From assembly GCA_030264375.1 (NCBI GenBank), contig JASCQW010000109.1, positions 50,068,307-50,132,306 on the forward strand: 64,000 bases of DNA, read 5' to 3'. Positions 21,893 through 34,729 of this stretch are shown in pieces. Position numbers and translations under genes: made by a program. The notes under the pieces are model-generated. The model did no database searches, was not told the origin of the DNA, and saw only the letters and a list, made by a program, of their open reading frames with translations. Position 1 is the stretch's first letter. Each line of letters starts with the position of its first letter. Origin of the DNA: Carcharhinus longimanus. Taxonomy: Eukaryota.

Positions 21893-23574
21893 CTATCAGA
21901 AAAATAAATAATTAAAATCAGAAGGACATTTTTGACATGAAGTTATTTTGGAAGAGTGGGCGGGGGAGACAGGTAATGGAGCAGATGTTTTATTTGAGAT
22001 AAATAAATTTCAACGTCTGAAAACTGAGCTTTATTTTTCCACTTCAAGCACAGGGCCCTTAGGTTTACTGTGAGCCAGATGCGAGGTAAAATTTGCTTTG
22101 CTTTTCAATAATCCAATTTTCCTCTTCCAACCTGTATTCAAATATCCCCATTACACCACTATGAATTTTCCTTTTCTCCTTATAGTCTCCAGTCAAGTAG
22201 AACTCCAACAGATTGAATAATTAAGTGCCAAATTATGGACACTTTTGCTCTATGAATGCAAGGTTATGAAGCACAAGATTTATCAATCCTATTTGACAGG
22301 GGTTTACCACGAGCAGAAATTTCATCCCAGCCTGACCTATTTGCATCCAAGTCCCAGGAGTGGATGGAAGTTTACGCTCGTAGCAATTATTCCCTCTTCA
22401 ATACTGTTAAAATATCTTTGTAAGGTTCATTTGTGTATTTAGGTCACAATTCAAAGAAACACTGGTACATCAAATAAGGAAAAAAAGGCTTTAAAAAAAA
22501 CCAAAACTCCAGTTAGTTTCTATTGAGGGCAACTCTCGTGTATAACATAACGCATATACAACAATTAATTCAAACCAGGACTGAGACCAAATGCAAAATA
22601 TTATCCATATGTATACAACTTAATTTTATGGTCAATGATCAAAACTAGAATTATATAAATAATGGGCTAATTAAGTAGTTAACATGCAATGAGATACAAT
22701 CCGAATCTTCTTTCGATGGCAAGGGCTTCACAATTAAGTCAGAGGCATTACATCAATAAATTTTAGCAATTAAAGATGCACATTAAATATTATTTACTAG
22801 CTCATAATCTAATTTCAGTATTGTTAAATTAAGTAAAGGCATTTTATGTTCCATGACATCCTTGATAATGGCTGGATGATGAGAACTATTCAATAAAATT
22901 GAAAATCCTTTCATCATGAGGTGTGAAGAAAAAAGTGAAGCAGCCACACAGATCATAGAAATGGAGAAGTAGCCACATTGGGGTATTAACAACTCATGTT
23001 TCCAATTTTATATTTGACTATTCATTCTTTAAAAAAGATAATGGTTTAGAGTTTCCACTTTTATTGTAAATCAGAAAACGGCAGCGAAAATCTGCCCAGA
23101 ACTGCACTGGTTAGACAGCACATTTCAACTTCTTGTGAAAATACATTTTCATAATCATAACCATCAAACTTTGCACAGACCTGTGCAATAGAACAAAACC
23201 CTTGTCTTTCAATTAAAATAATAAGGCAGTAAACTGGTGCAGTTTTATTAATATAACTGAAAATAATCTCACTCAAAAATAAACATTGTTAATAGTGTGT
23301 CCAGTCCTCCACCAGTGAGCAAGCTGAATAAAAAAATCACTGAAAACAATTTAATTATTGAACCATTTAATTGTTTCATTATATAATCAGTTTCTTAGTA
23401 CATTAAATATGCTATTTATTTGGAAAAGCTTTTAAAATGTGCTCTTTACTGTCAACATATCTCAGAAAATGGAGTCAATTTGAAGAAACTTTGAGTCAGT
23501 GTAATTCACAGAATCTTACAATTTCAGCTGGGGTTGTTGCAGTTTTATAAACAAGGCCTGATTTGGGTGAATTA

Positions 23575-24780
23575 CGTTAATATTGTTAGAAATAGGAGAT
23601 GGTGGAGGATGTAGGACCCTTCGTGTTTGCTTCACAACTCAGTTCAGCAAGATCTTGGCTGATCTTTGAGCTCAACTTCTCTTCCCCATCCTATTTTCAT
23701 TTCCACGTTTTCCTTCACACCATCAATCTTAACAATTTAATTCTTGAATCTACTAAAAAACTGAGCAGAGACCTCTGTGGTAGAGAATTCCAATGACTCA
23801 CAATCCTCAGCAAAGGCATTTCCCATCCTAGTCTTATATGGATAGTTATGTCCAACTCTGTTCTGTAGAAGGGTCATATGGATTCAAACTTTAACTGTTT
23901 TGCTGTCCACAGATGCTGCCAAGCCTCAGGTTTAAGTAGCATTTTCTGTTTTTATTTCATGTCTAACCTCTAATATTTTTAGCCTATGACCAATTTGTTT
24001 AAGCGCATGGGTAGTTTAAATAATTTTGAGTTTTAACTTACAAGAGGATGACTTGTTCGTAGTTTATGTGGGAACTCACAGGCTACTGCATTGCTGTGTA
24101 GCTTGGAGAGAATGTCCTCTCTCCTAAACCTCTTACCCCATGATTACAAGAGTCTCCAGCCACAGGGAAGAGCTTCTCTGCACCCAAGAAGCTCTTTCCA
24201 GTCAAGGCTTCTAAGAATTTAAAGAGATTAGCTCACATCCTTCTAAATTCCAGAGAACATAAATCCATTCTACTTGCTCTATCCTCAAACAACAACAACC
24301 CCCCCTCAAGAATCATAGTGAAGCTTTGCTGAACCACCTCCAAGGCAAGTATATCGTTCTTTAGGTAAGGAGATCAAAACAGTACTGTCAGAGGGTCTCA
24401 CCAAATCCAAGATAAATGTTAAGAATTCTTTATGGTCATATTCCAACCCCTCTCCATTAAAGCCTAACTAACATTGCATTTACCTTCAGAATTGTTTCCT
24501 GTACTTGCATGTTTATATTTCTGTGATGTGTGCACTACGACACCTAAATGCCCGTGTAACAATATTTATTGCCTCCTACTAAACGTTTTTTAAAAAATTT
24601 TGCTTTTCCATTCTACCTATCAAATGGATAACTTCATAATTCCCCACATCATACATCATTCGCCACTTGCTTGCCCAATCACTTCACCTGCCTATGTCTC
24701 TCTGTGCTCCTCACAGCTTACTGTCCAACCTAAATTTGTATTGTCACCAAAGTTGGATTTGTTACGTTTGTTATTAATTT
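23575..24780 (-). mobile_element. Highly decayed CR1 LINE fragments
   Basis: Antisense CR1 landmarks (ggtagagaattccaa, ggagatcaaaac.gtac, gtctcaccaa, ccacttgcttgccca.tcac, tttgta.tgtca.caaa). Confidence 0.55.
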
Positions 24781-24926
24781 AAACTGTAATTAGTGAGGAC
24801 TGAGCGCTGAGCTTTGCAGAAGCCAATATCTTGAACCGACAGAAAATATTGCAGAAATCCTGAGCACAAAGTGGTCTTAACTTGTGCATAAATCCCCTGA
24901 TCTTTAGCGCTGGCTCAGTAACGTCA

Positions 24927-25172
24927 TGATGTGGGCATGCCGGCGTTGGNNNNNNNNNNNNNNNNNNNNNNNNNNNNNNNNNNNNNNNNNNNNNNNNNNN
25001 NNNNNNNNNNNNNNNNNNNNNNNNNNNNNNNNNNNNNNNNNNNNNNNNNTTTATATGCTCTGTCTGAGGCCAGAACTCTCCATTCACCTGACGAAGGGGC
25101 TAACCCGAAAGCTTGTGAGTATATTACCAAATAAATAGGTTGGACTAAAACCTGGTGTTGTCAGACTTTTTA
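24927..25172. mobile_element. Young family A palindromic element with 13-bp TSD
   Basis: Left arm is the reverse complement of the family 3' end, right arm is forward; flanked by ctcagtaacgtca at 24914-24926 and 25173-25185; central N gap. Confidence 0.8.
25082..25120 (+). ncRNA. Minimal type I hammerhead ribozyme motif (predicted)
   Basis: attcac-CTGACGA-aGGG(gctaa)CCC-GAAA-gc-TT-gtgagt: stem I pairs, core intact, palindromic AGCT stem III, CUU cleavage triplet. Confidence 0.65.
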
Positions 25173-25194
25173 CTCAGTAACGTCACCCAGGCTG

Positions 25195-25345
25195 CATTGT
25201 GTTGCAACATTTGTTTGCCACATTACAACCCCTTAGCTACACTGTGAAGTCAATACATCTTAAAAAGTATTTAATTGACTGTAAAAGCACTTTGAAACAT
25301 CCTGCAGTTGTGATAGGCACTACATTAAACTAAGTATTTATAATG
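25195..25345 (+). mobile_element. SacSINE1-like DeuSINE 3' fragment
   Basis: cacattacaac...aaaagtatttaattgactgtaaaagcactttgaaacatcctg...gtgataggcacta, matching the recalled L2-type tail. Confidence 0.55.
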
Positions 25346-25441
25346 TTGAATTAACTAGTGGAAATGAAAACTCAAGCCCAATTTACTCACATCCCCCAAT
25401 TACACTACATTTGCAGATATACTTTATGGAGCAGGACTTAC

Positions 25442-25611
25442 CTAACTGGGCCCAAAGCGGGTTATATGGGTTTGATTTTGATAGCATATCCACACTTCGA
25501 GAGGAATGTTTTTCCAAGAAAATCTTAATAGGTGGCTGACCATTGGGCATTACTGTTGGGACCCAGGCAAGATGATTCGTGAGGACAGCAGTAATGAGAG
25601 CTGGCAGAAAC
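25442..25611 (-). CDS. FNIP1: FNIP1 exon 13
   Basis: [56 protein letters not shown]; aaccag / gtaagt; 170 nt. Confidence 0.96.
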
Positions 25612-27434
25612 CTGGTTAAAGACAAGATAAACATTTGAGCAATTCGGACAGATCACATTCATCAATTCTACTTCAAAGTGGGGTCAGTACATTTTTTGTC
25701 TTGGAGCAAGGAGGTATGGCACACCTGAGGAACAAATGATGGCATTACATCAGCAGGAGAGAAGAAGTTCAAACCCCAATTCACCAAGTTCCCCATTTTA
25801 CTCAAGGGCACTACGGTCTCAAGACCACCTACAATTACTTGCACGCTGTTGAGCAAGCCACTCAGGTCAAACTACTACAAGAAAACTAGAAAGGATGGGG
25901 GGAGGGAACTGTGATGGGGAAACTGGGACGGAGGAGGTTCGCTCCCAGATAGGAGAGGANNNNNNNNNNNNNNNNNNNATCTGTGCAAGCATTAGGAAAG
26001 CTGCCCAATAGATTAATCAGTCTGACAGCCGCACTCTCAGAATCACACCTTTCAATCAACACCATGGACACTTTCAAAACATCCCTGCATATGTCCTGTT
26101 TCACTGGTAAGATTCACTAGAAGTGGCAGCGGCACAATGTTATGCAGTCTGTAGCGAGTGGCTCTGATATTCCTTACCACTGACTCCAGGCCTCATGAAG
26201 TCTCATGGCATCACGCAAAATTTGCAAGGAAATGCCCTAATAATTAACACCTATTGCAATCTCACCGCGAATAAAATTAATACTCCTTCATGTTGAATAC
26301 CACTTGGAGGAAGCACTGAAGGTGACAAAATCACAGTGTTCTGGGCGAGGAGAGGGGTGGGGTGGCCTAGTGCACCATTATTGACTTAGTTGCTTGACTC
26401 TGAAAGGATGCATCTGCCTGACTTGGCCTGTGACAGTGAGAACATCAAGAGGGAAATACCTCCTTGGCCTCAGCCACAGCTGCATCTGTCCATGACAGCA
26501 TTGTTAGGAATGACCTCAGCAGGGTCCTTATGGAGATAAGGTCCCGTATTCACATTCAGGATACCTTCCATTGCACTTTGTGACAACGTATTCTGTTGTG
26601 CTGACTGAGATAAACGCAGAACACACTGAGCAAATCAAAACTAGGCATCCATGAGATGGCATCAGCAGAATTGTATTCAACCATAATCTGTCACCACATG
26701 GTCTGGAACACCCTTCATTCTTTCATCACCAGCAAGCCAGGGGATCATCGCCTTGTTCAATGAGGACCATAGACAAGTATGCTAGAAGCAGTAGCAAGCA
26801 TATTTAAACATGAGCTGCCAACCTAATGAAGATACAATACAGGACATGCATGTAAACAGCAGAAGCAGCATGCCTCTAGACAGAGCTTAAGCAGCCCACA
26901 ACTAGCAGATCAAATCAAAGACCTGCAGTCATGTCACACCTAATCATGAATAGTGATGGGATAACTGAAACAAACAACAGGAGTCATTATCTCCATTAAC
27001 ACCCCCATCCTCAAATGGTAGAAGAATCCAGAGTACATGAATGAAAAGACAAAGCATCTTCAGCCACTGTCAAATGGTGGCCCACCTTGGCGAACCCAAG
27101 GTCCCCAGCATCACAGATACCAGTCAGAGCAATTTACATTGACTCATTTAAAGCACAGAGGAGGCCTTTTGACTTAAATCCAGGCAATTTGGTTCACTTC
27201 AGGTGATATCAAGAAATGGCCAAAGGCACATAGTTACAGTAAAGGATATTGGTCCCGACAACATCCCAATGGCAGTGTTGAAAGTACGTTTCAGAGCTGG
27301 TGGTGCCTCAGGCCAAGCTGTTCAGGCACAATTACAACACTGGAATCTCCCTGGCAAAGTGGCAAGTTGACAAGGTATGTCCTGTACACAAAAAGCAGAA
27401 GAAATTCAATCTAACTAATCGTTATTCCATCAGT

Positions 27435-27917
27435 ACATAGGATTGAAAGAACATTGGACTTCGAAGTAAAAGGAAGTCATTTGGCCCTTTGAACTTGCTT
27501 GCCATTCAATAAAATCATGGCTGATCCAGCTGTGGATCTCAACTCGACTTTCCTGACTATTCCCCACAACTTTCAACTTCCTTGTCAATCAAAAATCTAT
27601 CCAAAATAGCCTCAAATTAATTCAGCTCCCAATGCTTCCTGGGAAGAAACTAACGATCCTCAGAGAAAGAATTTACCCTCATCTCTGCCTTAAAAGGGAG
27701 ACTTCTTATTCTTAAATTGTGTAGCTTAGTTCTAGTCTCCCCCACTAGTGGAAAGATCCTCCAGGTATCTACCCTATCAAGCCCCCTCAGGAGTTTGTAT
27801 GTTTCAGTAAGACCACTTTTCATTCTCCTAAACTCCAATGGAGGTAGGCCCAATCTGTTCCCTCTTTCTTCGTATGATGTGCCTTTAATTCCAGGAATTA
27901 GTCGAGTAAACTTTCTG
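27435..27917 (-). mobile_element. CR1/HER1-like LINE 3' fragment nested in an older LINE
   Basis: Peptide LGLPPLEFRRMKSGLTETYKLLRGLDRVD..RIFPLVGETRTK.HNLRIR. Confidence 0.85.
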
Positions 27918-28146
27918 GATGGACCCAGGTCGAGTCACTGTCTGTGTGGCGCCTGTACGTTCTCCGTGCCTGCGTGGGTTTCCTCCCATAATTTGAAAGA
28001 CGTGCTGGTTAGGTGCACTGGCCATGCGAAATTCTCCTTCAGTGTATCTAAACAGGTGCTAGAGTGGCAACTAGGGGATTTGCACAGTCATTTCATTGCG
28101 GTGTTAACGTCAACCTACTTGTGACACTAATAAATAAACTTTAAAA
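27918..28146 (+). mobile_element. V-SINE with alternative (type B) tail
   Basis: V-domain followed by ...gtggcaactaggggatttgcacagt...cctacttgtgacactaataaataaacttt. Confidence 0.8.
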
Positions 28147-29919
28147 ACTTATCACCGACAGAGTGATGGAAAGGATTGCCAACAGTATTATCAAGCAGCA
28201 TTGAACTCACCAATGCTCAGTTTTGATTCCAATGGACCACTTGGCTCCTGATTCAATTACAGTCTTGGTCCAAACGTAGACAAGATCATTTAATTTCAGG
28301 GGTGTGATGAAAGCAACTGCCTGCAACATCAGGGAGCATCAAGTGGGGCATCAAGGCATCATAGCAAAATTGAAATCAGTGAGAATTGGGAGAAAGCTCT
28401 CCATTAGCTGAATTCATATCTAGCGCAACAGGAAATAGTTCTGGTTGTTCGAGTCTAATCATCTCAAGCCCTAGACATTGTTACTTGCACAAGTTCCTCA
28501 AGGTAGTGTCCGAGGCACAACCATCTTCAGCTGCTTTGTCAACCATCTTTCCTCAACATAAGGCCAGGCATGGGGACATTTGGTGGTGATTGTAGTGTTC
28601 CTGCTAATCAACTTCTAAGGGATTGAAACAGTCTGTGACCAGCAAGATCTGAACAACACCTGGGCATGGGCTCAAAAATCACAAAGATTTGTGCCACACA
28701 AGGTCTGTCAATGACCATCGCAAAGAACAAAGAGTTTAACAATCATCCCTCAATATGCAACAGCATTTGTAGAATCCCACATCATTCTTAGTCACTGTGG
28801 ATCAGAAACATAACTGTGCCAGCCACATAAAATTCTGCAGCTAATGGGTCACGAGAGACACATCTCCTGACTCCCAAAGCCTTTCCACCATTTGCAATGT
28901 ACAAGTCAGGAGTGTGATGGAATGCTCTTCACCTGCCTGTTTTCAAAGCTGCACTTATACAAGAAGCTTAACATCCAGGACAAAGCTATCTGTCTGACTG
29001 ATCCACATGCTACCAACAACAGTTTGGCTGCTGTGTTTACTATCTTCAAGATGCAATGCAGCAACACTCCAAGGCTTCTTTAATAGCAGCTTCCAATGTG
29101 ACCTCTAGCAAGGACCAAGTGCACTGAATCACCTCCCTGGTGATTCTGGCAGACCATTATGAATTGGAAATTTATTCCTGTACCTGAGTTTTGGGTCAAA
29201 ATCCTGGAACTACCTTCCTAAACAGAAATATGAGAGCACCTTCACTACATAAACAGCAGCAGTTGAAGAAGGGCACTCATTACCACCTTCTCAAGGGCAA
29301 TTAGGGATGGATAGAAAACAGTGGCCTTGACAGCAACACCCACGTCACACAAACGAAGTCAACTTTCTGCTCAAATATCTGCAAAAACAGGGTCAGCTGT
29401 GCAAATTAAATTGACAGATCAAGGAAGAAATTTTAATTCTTGCATAGTGACACTAAATCACCAGTTACAGAAACAAAATATTTGAATTATCAGCATGTAA
29501 TGTTCACCCAGACAAACATCAATCCGAAGACTTTATGGACCACCTGGGATCCTGTCACGCACTCTAGTTTGAAAACCAACACTCCAAGGAGTCACTCCCA
29601 CATGGAGAAGTCCGTGTGCTCACCAACAAGAAGGAAGACTTCTTTCTGGGTTGTTGGAAACCTCTATCTTGAAAAGAGGTCACCTTTCCAGGTGCTGGAA
29701 ATCAAGTTCTTCCTCTCTTTTAACCCAAAAGATGGCAAGGGGGACAGGGTGGGTAGACGAGAGAGGAGAGGGGAGTTGCGGTCATCATCGAGTTAGCAAA
29801 AATCAGTTGATACACAACACAATGAAGCAAAGAGAATAATTATTCATGTTTATTACAGAGCTGTACTTCTGGGCACCGATAATAAACACCAGAAGATTCA
29901 AATTAATCCTTACATATCT

Positions 29920-30335
29920 CAGAATTGTTAGCACAGGAGTCCATTCCGCATCATATCTGCGCTGATTCTCCAAACAAGCTATTCACTCAGTGCCATTTTC
30001 CCTCTTCTCCCTGCAACCTTGCACATTCCACCTTTCCAGAAAATGGTTCGATTTCCTTCAGAATGCTTCAGTTGAATCTGCCTCTACCACAATCTCAGGC
30101 ATTGCATTCTAGACCTTAACCACTTGCCATGTGAAGAAGCTTTCCCTCACATCACTTTCACTTCTTTTATCTATTATTTGAAATCTTGCCCGCTCCTTCT
30201 CATGAGTACCTCTATCAAGTCTCCTCTCAGCTTTCTTTTGTCCAAGTGTAACAGTCCCAATTTTTAAGTCTATCTTCAGAACTGAAGTTCCTCACCCCTG
30301 GAATTATTCTTGTGAATCCTGTGATGAGTCTGCAA
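29920..30335 (-). mobile_element. Decayed CR1 3' fragment
   Basis: ttgaatctgcctctaccaca.tctcaggca.tgcattc.agacc.taaccact; aactgaagttcctcacccctggaa. Confidence 0.65.
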
Positions 30336-30929
30336 ACCTAGCTGGCTCTGAGGAATCCAGGGCACTTTCATAGCAAGGGGTGAGCAAGTGAAAATTAAAA
30401 TGTTTGTTTTTCTTCTCTTTTGCCTCCTTGCAGCCAGAAAAGGAGCCAAGCGCAAGGATGCTTCTAACTCTCGTCAGGTATATAAAAGGCAAAATACCCA
30501 TGGGGGTTGTGTTGGCAACAAAACAAGAATCTTCTCTTTTGAGCTCAAGGGAGAACAGTTAAGATTTTTACTTTCTCTCTCATGAATTTTCCTGCTTTAT
30601 CCTTTGGTCGAAAAGGGGAAATAGGCAAGTGATTAACTCTTGGGCCTTTGTAAGTGCAATTCTACACTTCACCACTGGATGGTGCACAAGGGGCATTGGA
30701 CTGCAGCCTCTTTGCCTGCTGAGAATTATCTGGCCCCCACTTTGTGCTTCCTCCATGACTGCACCATTTTAAAATGAAGTGCAGTAGGGTTTCTGCCCGC
30801 TATTGTTTTGCGCATACTGATAAAGCATCGGTTGCTTTAAAAGCAAAATTGAAGGTTCCTCCAAGCAAATAAATAATGAGGCAAAGCAAAAGTCAGGAGA
30901 GAGAAATAAAATCTGACCAAAAATATTGA

Positions 30930-31172
30930 CAACACCAGGTTTTAGTCCAACCGATTTATTTGATAATAGACTCACAAGCTTTCGGGTTAGTCCCTTCGTC
31001 AGGNNNNNNNNNNNNNNNNNNNNNNNNNNNNNNNNNNNNNNNNNNNNNNNNNNNNNNNNNNNNNNNNNNNNNNNNNNNNNNNNNNNNNNNNNNNNNNNNN
31101 NNNTGGACTAAAACCTGGTGTTGTCAGACTTTTTACTGTGTTTACGCCAGTCCAACGCCGGCATACCCACAT
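30930..31172. mobile_element. Young family A palindromic element with 12-bp TSD; minus-strand hammerhead core at 30970-31003
   Basis: Inverted arms caacaccaggttttagtcca / tggactaaaacctggtgttg; TSD caaaaatattga at 30918-30929 and 31173-31184; minus-strand cCTGACGAagggactaacccGAAAgcttgtgagt. Confidence 0.8.
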
Positions 31173-31387
31173 CAAAAATATTGAAGCAGCTGATGGATTA
31201 ATGATGTCAATTGCTTCTTTTTTTTTTTGCAAACATTACATAAAATAACTCTAAATAAAACTTTTGGAAATACGCAGCGGATCAACTGGCATCTATCTGT
31301 GGAGAAATGTTTCAAACTGATAGGGCTTCACCAGGACATGTTTTACTCATCTCCTTCCCAGCTTGTGAACAGTCTCAAGTACTCAAC

Positions 31388-31534
31388 TGGTTCTTTGATG
31401 TTTGGTCCATCAGTAAAGCAAATTCCTTCATGAACTGCTGGCAAAGCAGGTTTTTCTCAGGTGTTCCAGACATCATGGTTAACCAGACTGGCTCTGCAAT
31501 CCTTGGCATCGTGTAAAGATTATATATCACAGTC
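31388..31534 (-). CDS. FNIP1: FNIP1 exon 12
   Basis: [48 protein letters not shown](Q); aattag / gttgag; 147 nt. Confidence 0.95.
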
Positions 31535-32616
31535 CTAATTTTGAGAAGGGGGGGGGGGAGGAAGAGGGAAAAAAGTCAAGTTTTTTTGGAAACCAAGCAC
31601 AACAATTTTTCTTTGAAAAATACAGAAATTGTGTGTCAATGAAACAATACGTGTTACGTTTCCTCGTATTAGCCATCGGTCTGAAAACAAAGATAAAAAG
31701 GAAAATAGGCTTCTTCACGCCCGTTTGCTTTAATCGGCATCACAAACCAATAATCACATCCCATCAACATTTAAATGATTGGCTATACCAGGCACGAGAT
31801 GGTCGTGCCGATTACAGAATTTTTTTTAAAATGAAAAATGATCTAAAGATAGGCCTTGGTGATTATTGATGGCCCTCTGATTGTTTCCTTTGGCAGCTTG
31901 TTCCAGGGTGGAACACCCCTGGAGTCAGCTAACATGAGCTGTTACTGCACCATATCTTCTAATATTACCCAAGTATACAATATATTAGAAGTATCTGTTG
32001 TGCTTAGAAAGCTGATCATATTTCATAGCAAGCAGCGTACAACCTGCTATTCTTAAAACAGTCCCTGATATAAGCTGCAACTGATATATGTTCCCCTGAC
32101 AGTTATCAAATTCCACTGGCCCTGGGCCAGCAGACATGTGACGGGTAGAATGGAAACATGGTTCTCAAGCATTTTAAGTCTTTTATCCAAAAAAATACTC
32201 TGGAAAAAAAAAAGTCAGCACAGCTGCTGCAATTCTCTTAAGCTGTTTCAAAATGAAAAACATATAATAAATTTCTCCCGTTGACAAACATAATAACATA
32301 ACAGCATTAAAGGAAGTGAAAGGATCTGCCACTTAACTGTAAATCTCTTTTGCTACAGTAGCCTGTCCCGATGACAAGGTACTGCCTCTGAACAAAAGAC
32401 CCAGATATTATTTTTTCTTCTAAATGCAGCTCATGCAGGTCTCACAAGAAATCTTTCCAGTTAAAAAAGCTCGTGGGCACTTGTAAAGAATTGCAGCAAT
32501 TCATTCCTGGTCATGCTATTTATAGTCAAGGTAATAACAGACATGTGGGACCTCAGTAGGCTGTGACAGTGGTAAGGTAACCTCTGACTGAAGGACAAAA
32601 CCCTGAGAACCCTCAA

Positions 32617-32876
32617 TCACAGTGGTTAGCACTGCTGCCTCACAGCACCAGAGACCTGGGTTCAATTCCCAGCCCTGGTCACTGTCGGTGCAGAGTCTGC
32701 ACATCTCCCCGTGTCTGCATGGGTCTCCTCTGGGTATTCCGGTTTCCTTCCACAGTCTGAAAGAAGTGCATTGACCTGAATAAGCACCAGAGTGTGGCAA
32801 CTACTTGGATTTCACAGTACCTTCATTGCAGTATTAACATAAGCCTTACTTGTGACAAATAAATAAACTTTATTTT
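32617..32876 (+). mobile_element. V-SINE with type B tail
   Basis: cagtggttagcactgctgcctcacagcaccag head; tail aagccttacttgtgacaaataaataaacttt. Confidence 0.85.
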
Positions 32877-33084
32877 TAAGTACCTCATTCAATGCTGTTT
32901 AAGGACATTCCATTGAAGGTCCATGCATGATAAATCCTCTGAGGAATTCTTCAGAAGCTGCTAATGGCTATGTCATGATCATTTTTCCTGACGATGTTTT
33001 TTTTTTAAATCCCAATAATTACAATCCCAAGGACTGCGTTCATAGTTGGTCTGTAGTCATTAAATCCAACTTGATTTAGCTTCT

Positions 33085-33322
33085 ATCATAGAATCCCTAC
33101 AGTGCAGAAGGCGGCTATTCAGCCCATCCAGTCTGCACTGACAACAATCCCAGCCAGGCCTTATCCCCATAACCCCATATATTTATCCTGCTAATCCTCC
33201 TGACACTAAGGGGCAATTTAGCACAGCTAACCTTTGGAGTGTGGGAGGAAACCCATGCAGAGAATGTGCAAACTCCATACTGACAGTGACCAGAAGCTGG
33301 AATTGAACCTGGGTCCCTGACA
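33085..33322 (-). mobile_element. HE1 V-SINE (internally deleted)
   Basis: catagaatccctacagtgcagaagg tail plus V-domain. Confidence 0.85.
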
Positions 33323-33644
33323 TGTAATCAGCAACAACAAAATGACAGTTACAAAACCTGGCAGTAGCTGACCTGGGTGGCAAATCAGATGCAATCCAAG
33401 AAATTGTTAAAGGGGTACAGAATGCAAAGTGTAAGAGGGGACATTAACTTTAAATAAACAAAACACGACTGTTTTATAGCCCAGAAATTCTTCACGGGAA
33501 AAGCAACATTATGCTTGAGCAATTTCGTTATTGGATTCAGTTTACCAGCATCCACGAGGCAAAACAGCAGAATTCGTCATCATGTCTTTCACAATTTACA
33601 ATGTGCATTTTATCTATATAACAGTTTTTGTTTTAGCAGATAAA

Positions 33645-33962
33645 CACAGTGGTGGCACAGTGGTTAGCACTGCTGCCTCACAGTGCCAGGGATCCGGGTT
33701 CAGTTCTGGCCTCGGCTCACTGTTTGTGTGGAATTTGCACATTCTCCCCATGTCTGCATGAGTTTCCTCCAGGTGCTCCGGTTTCCTCCCACAGTCCAAA
33801 GATGTGCAAGTTAAGTTGATTGGCCATGCTAAATTAACCCTAGTGTCAAGGTGATTAGCAGGGTAAATATATGGGATTATGAGAATAGGGCCTGGGAGGG
33901 ATTGTGTTCGGTGCAGACTCGATGGGCCAAATAGCCTCCTTCTGCACGTAGGGTTGCTATGC
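33645..33962 (+). mobile_element. HE1 V-SINE, full length
   Basis: Head, V-domain and CR1-type tail. Confidence 0.9.
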
Positions 33963-34315
33963 ATGCTAGGTGTGAACTATTACACCTTCATTGTGAGCAT
34001 TCTTACGTGGAATATTTCAGCACTGCTGTGATTGTTTTGGCTACATGCTAAAATAAAACATTGATTTGACGAATTATCATGGTGTGTCATACTGGTATAT
34101 TGCCATTAGATGACTAAAGTAAGCAGACATGCAATTTACAAAAAATAAGAAGTCAAGAGGTCAAAGAAGAGGGCAATCAAGAATCAAAAATTTTTAGCAT
34201 TACCAGTCATTTTACAGCCAATTACAATGTGATCCCAAAAATCTGCAAAGCTTTCTTAAACAAAGTGACTTAAAAGACATATTTCCACTGTATATAAAAG
34301 TATCAAAATATTCAC

Positions 34316-34398
34316 CTGAATTCATTTAAAGCCTCTATAATTCTACTGTTGCCCAGAACACGATTTGTCTCAGAAATTCTAGTTTTCATTTTCATTGC
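34316..34398 (-). CDS. FNIP1: FNIP1 exon 11
   Basis: AMKMKTRISETNRVLGNSRIIEALNEF(R); ttttag / gtgaat; 83 nt. Confidence 0.92.
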
Positions 34399-34729
34399 CT
34401 AAAAGGAAGAATACAAAGTGTGTTCAGTAGGTGTACCCAAACATGCTAAATTCCTGTTCAAAATACATAGGGAAGGTTATAGCCTTAATTGTGATTATTA
34501 GGGATGAGCAAATCTTACTTTACATGGTCTTTATTGATTTTCTACGTAGGGATTTCCACAACTCCTGAGAAGCTAAAGGGCAAAGGAATACATCCCCAAG
34601 TTTTGTATTTTAACCAGATCTAAGGTGTATGAAAGAATAAGGTGTTAAGTAACAAAAGTGACTACACTTAGTTCATTACTGGCGAAGCTTCTTAGGATGT
34701 TTGAGACATGGTAAAGCACTATGGAACTG

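Larger units (their letters stand above)
26300..29350 (+). mobile_element. Long decayed CR1-clade LINE (second family) with nested insertions
   Basis: ORF2 landmarks (cccgacaacatccca, gccaagctgttc, gtatgtcctgtacacaaaaagca, ctcaccaatgctcagttt, acaagtcaggagtgtgatggaat) and tail ccaccttctcaagggcaattagggatgg...ccacgtc. Confidence 0.75.

Noticed and set aside
25612-25630. U12-type branch-point-like tctttaac at the intron 12 acceptor
   Set aside because: Too close to the AG, and the donor is GTTGAGT rather than GTATCCTT, so it is treated as a U2 intron.
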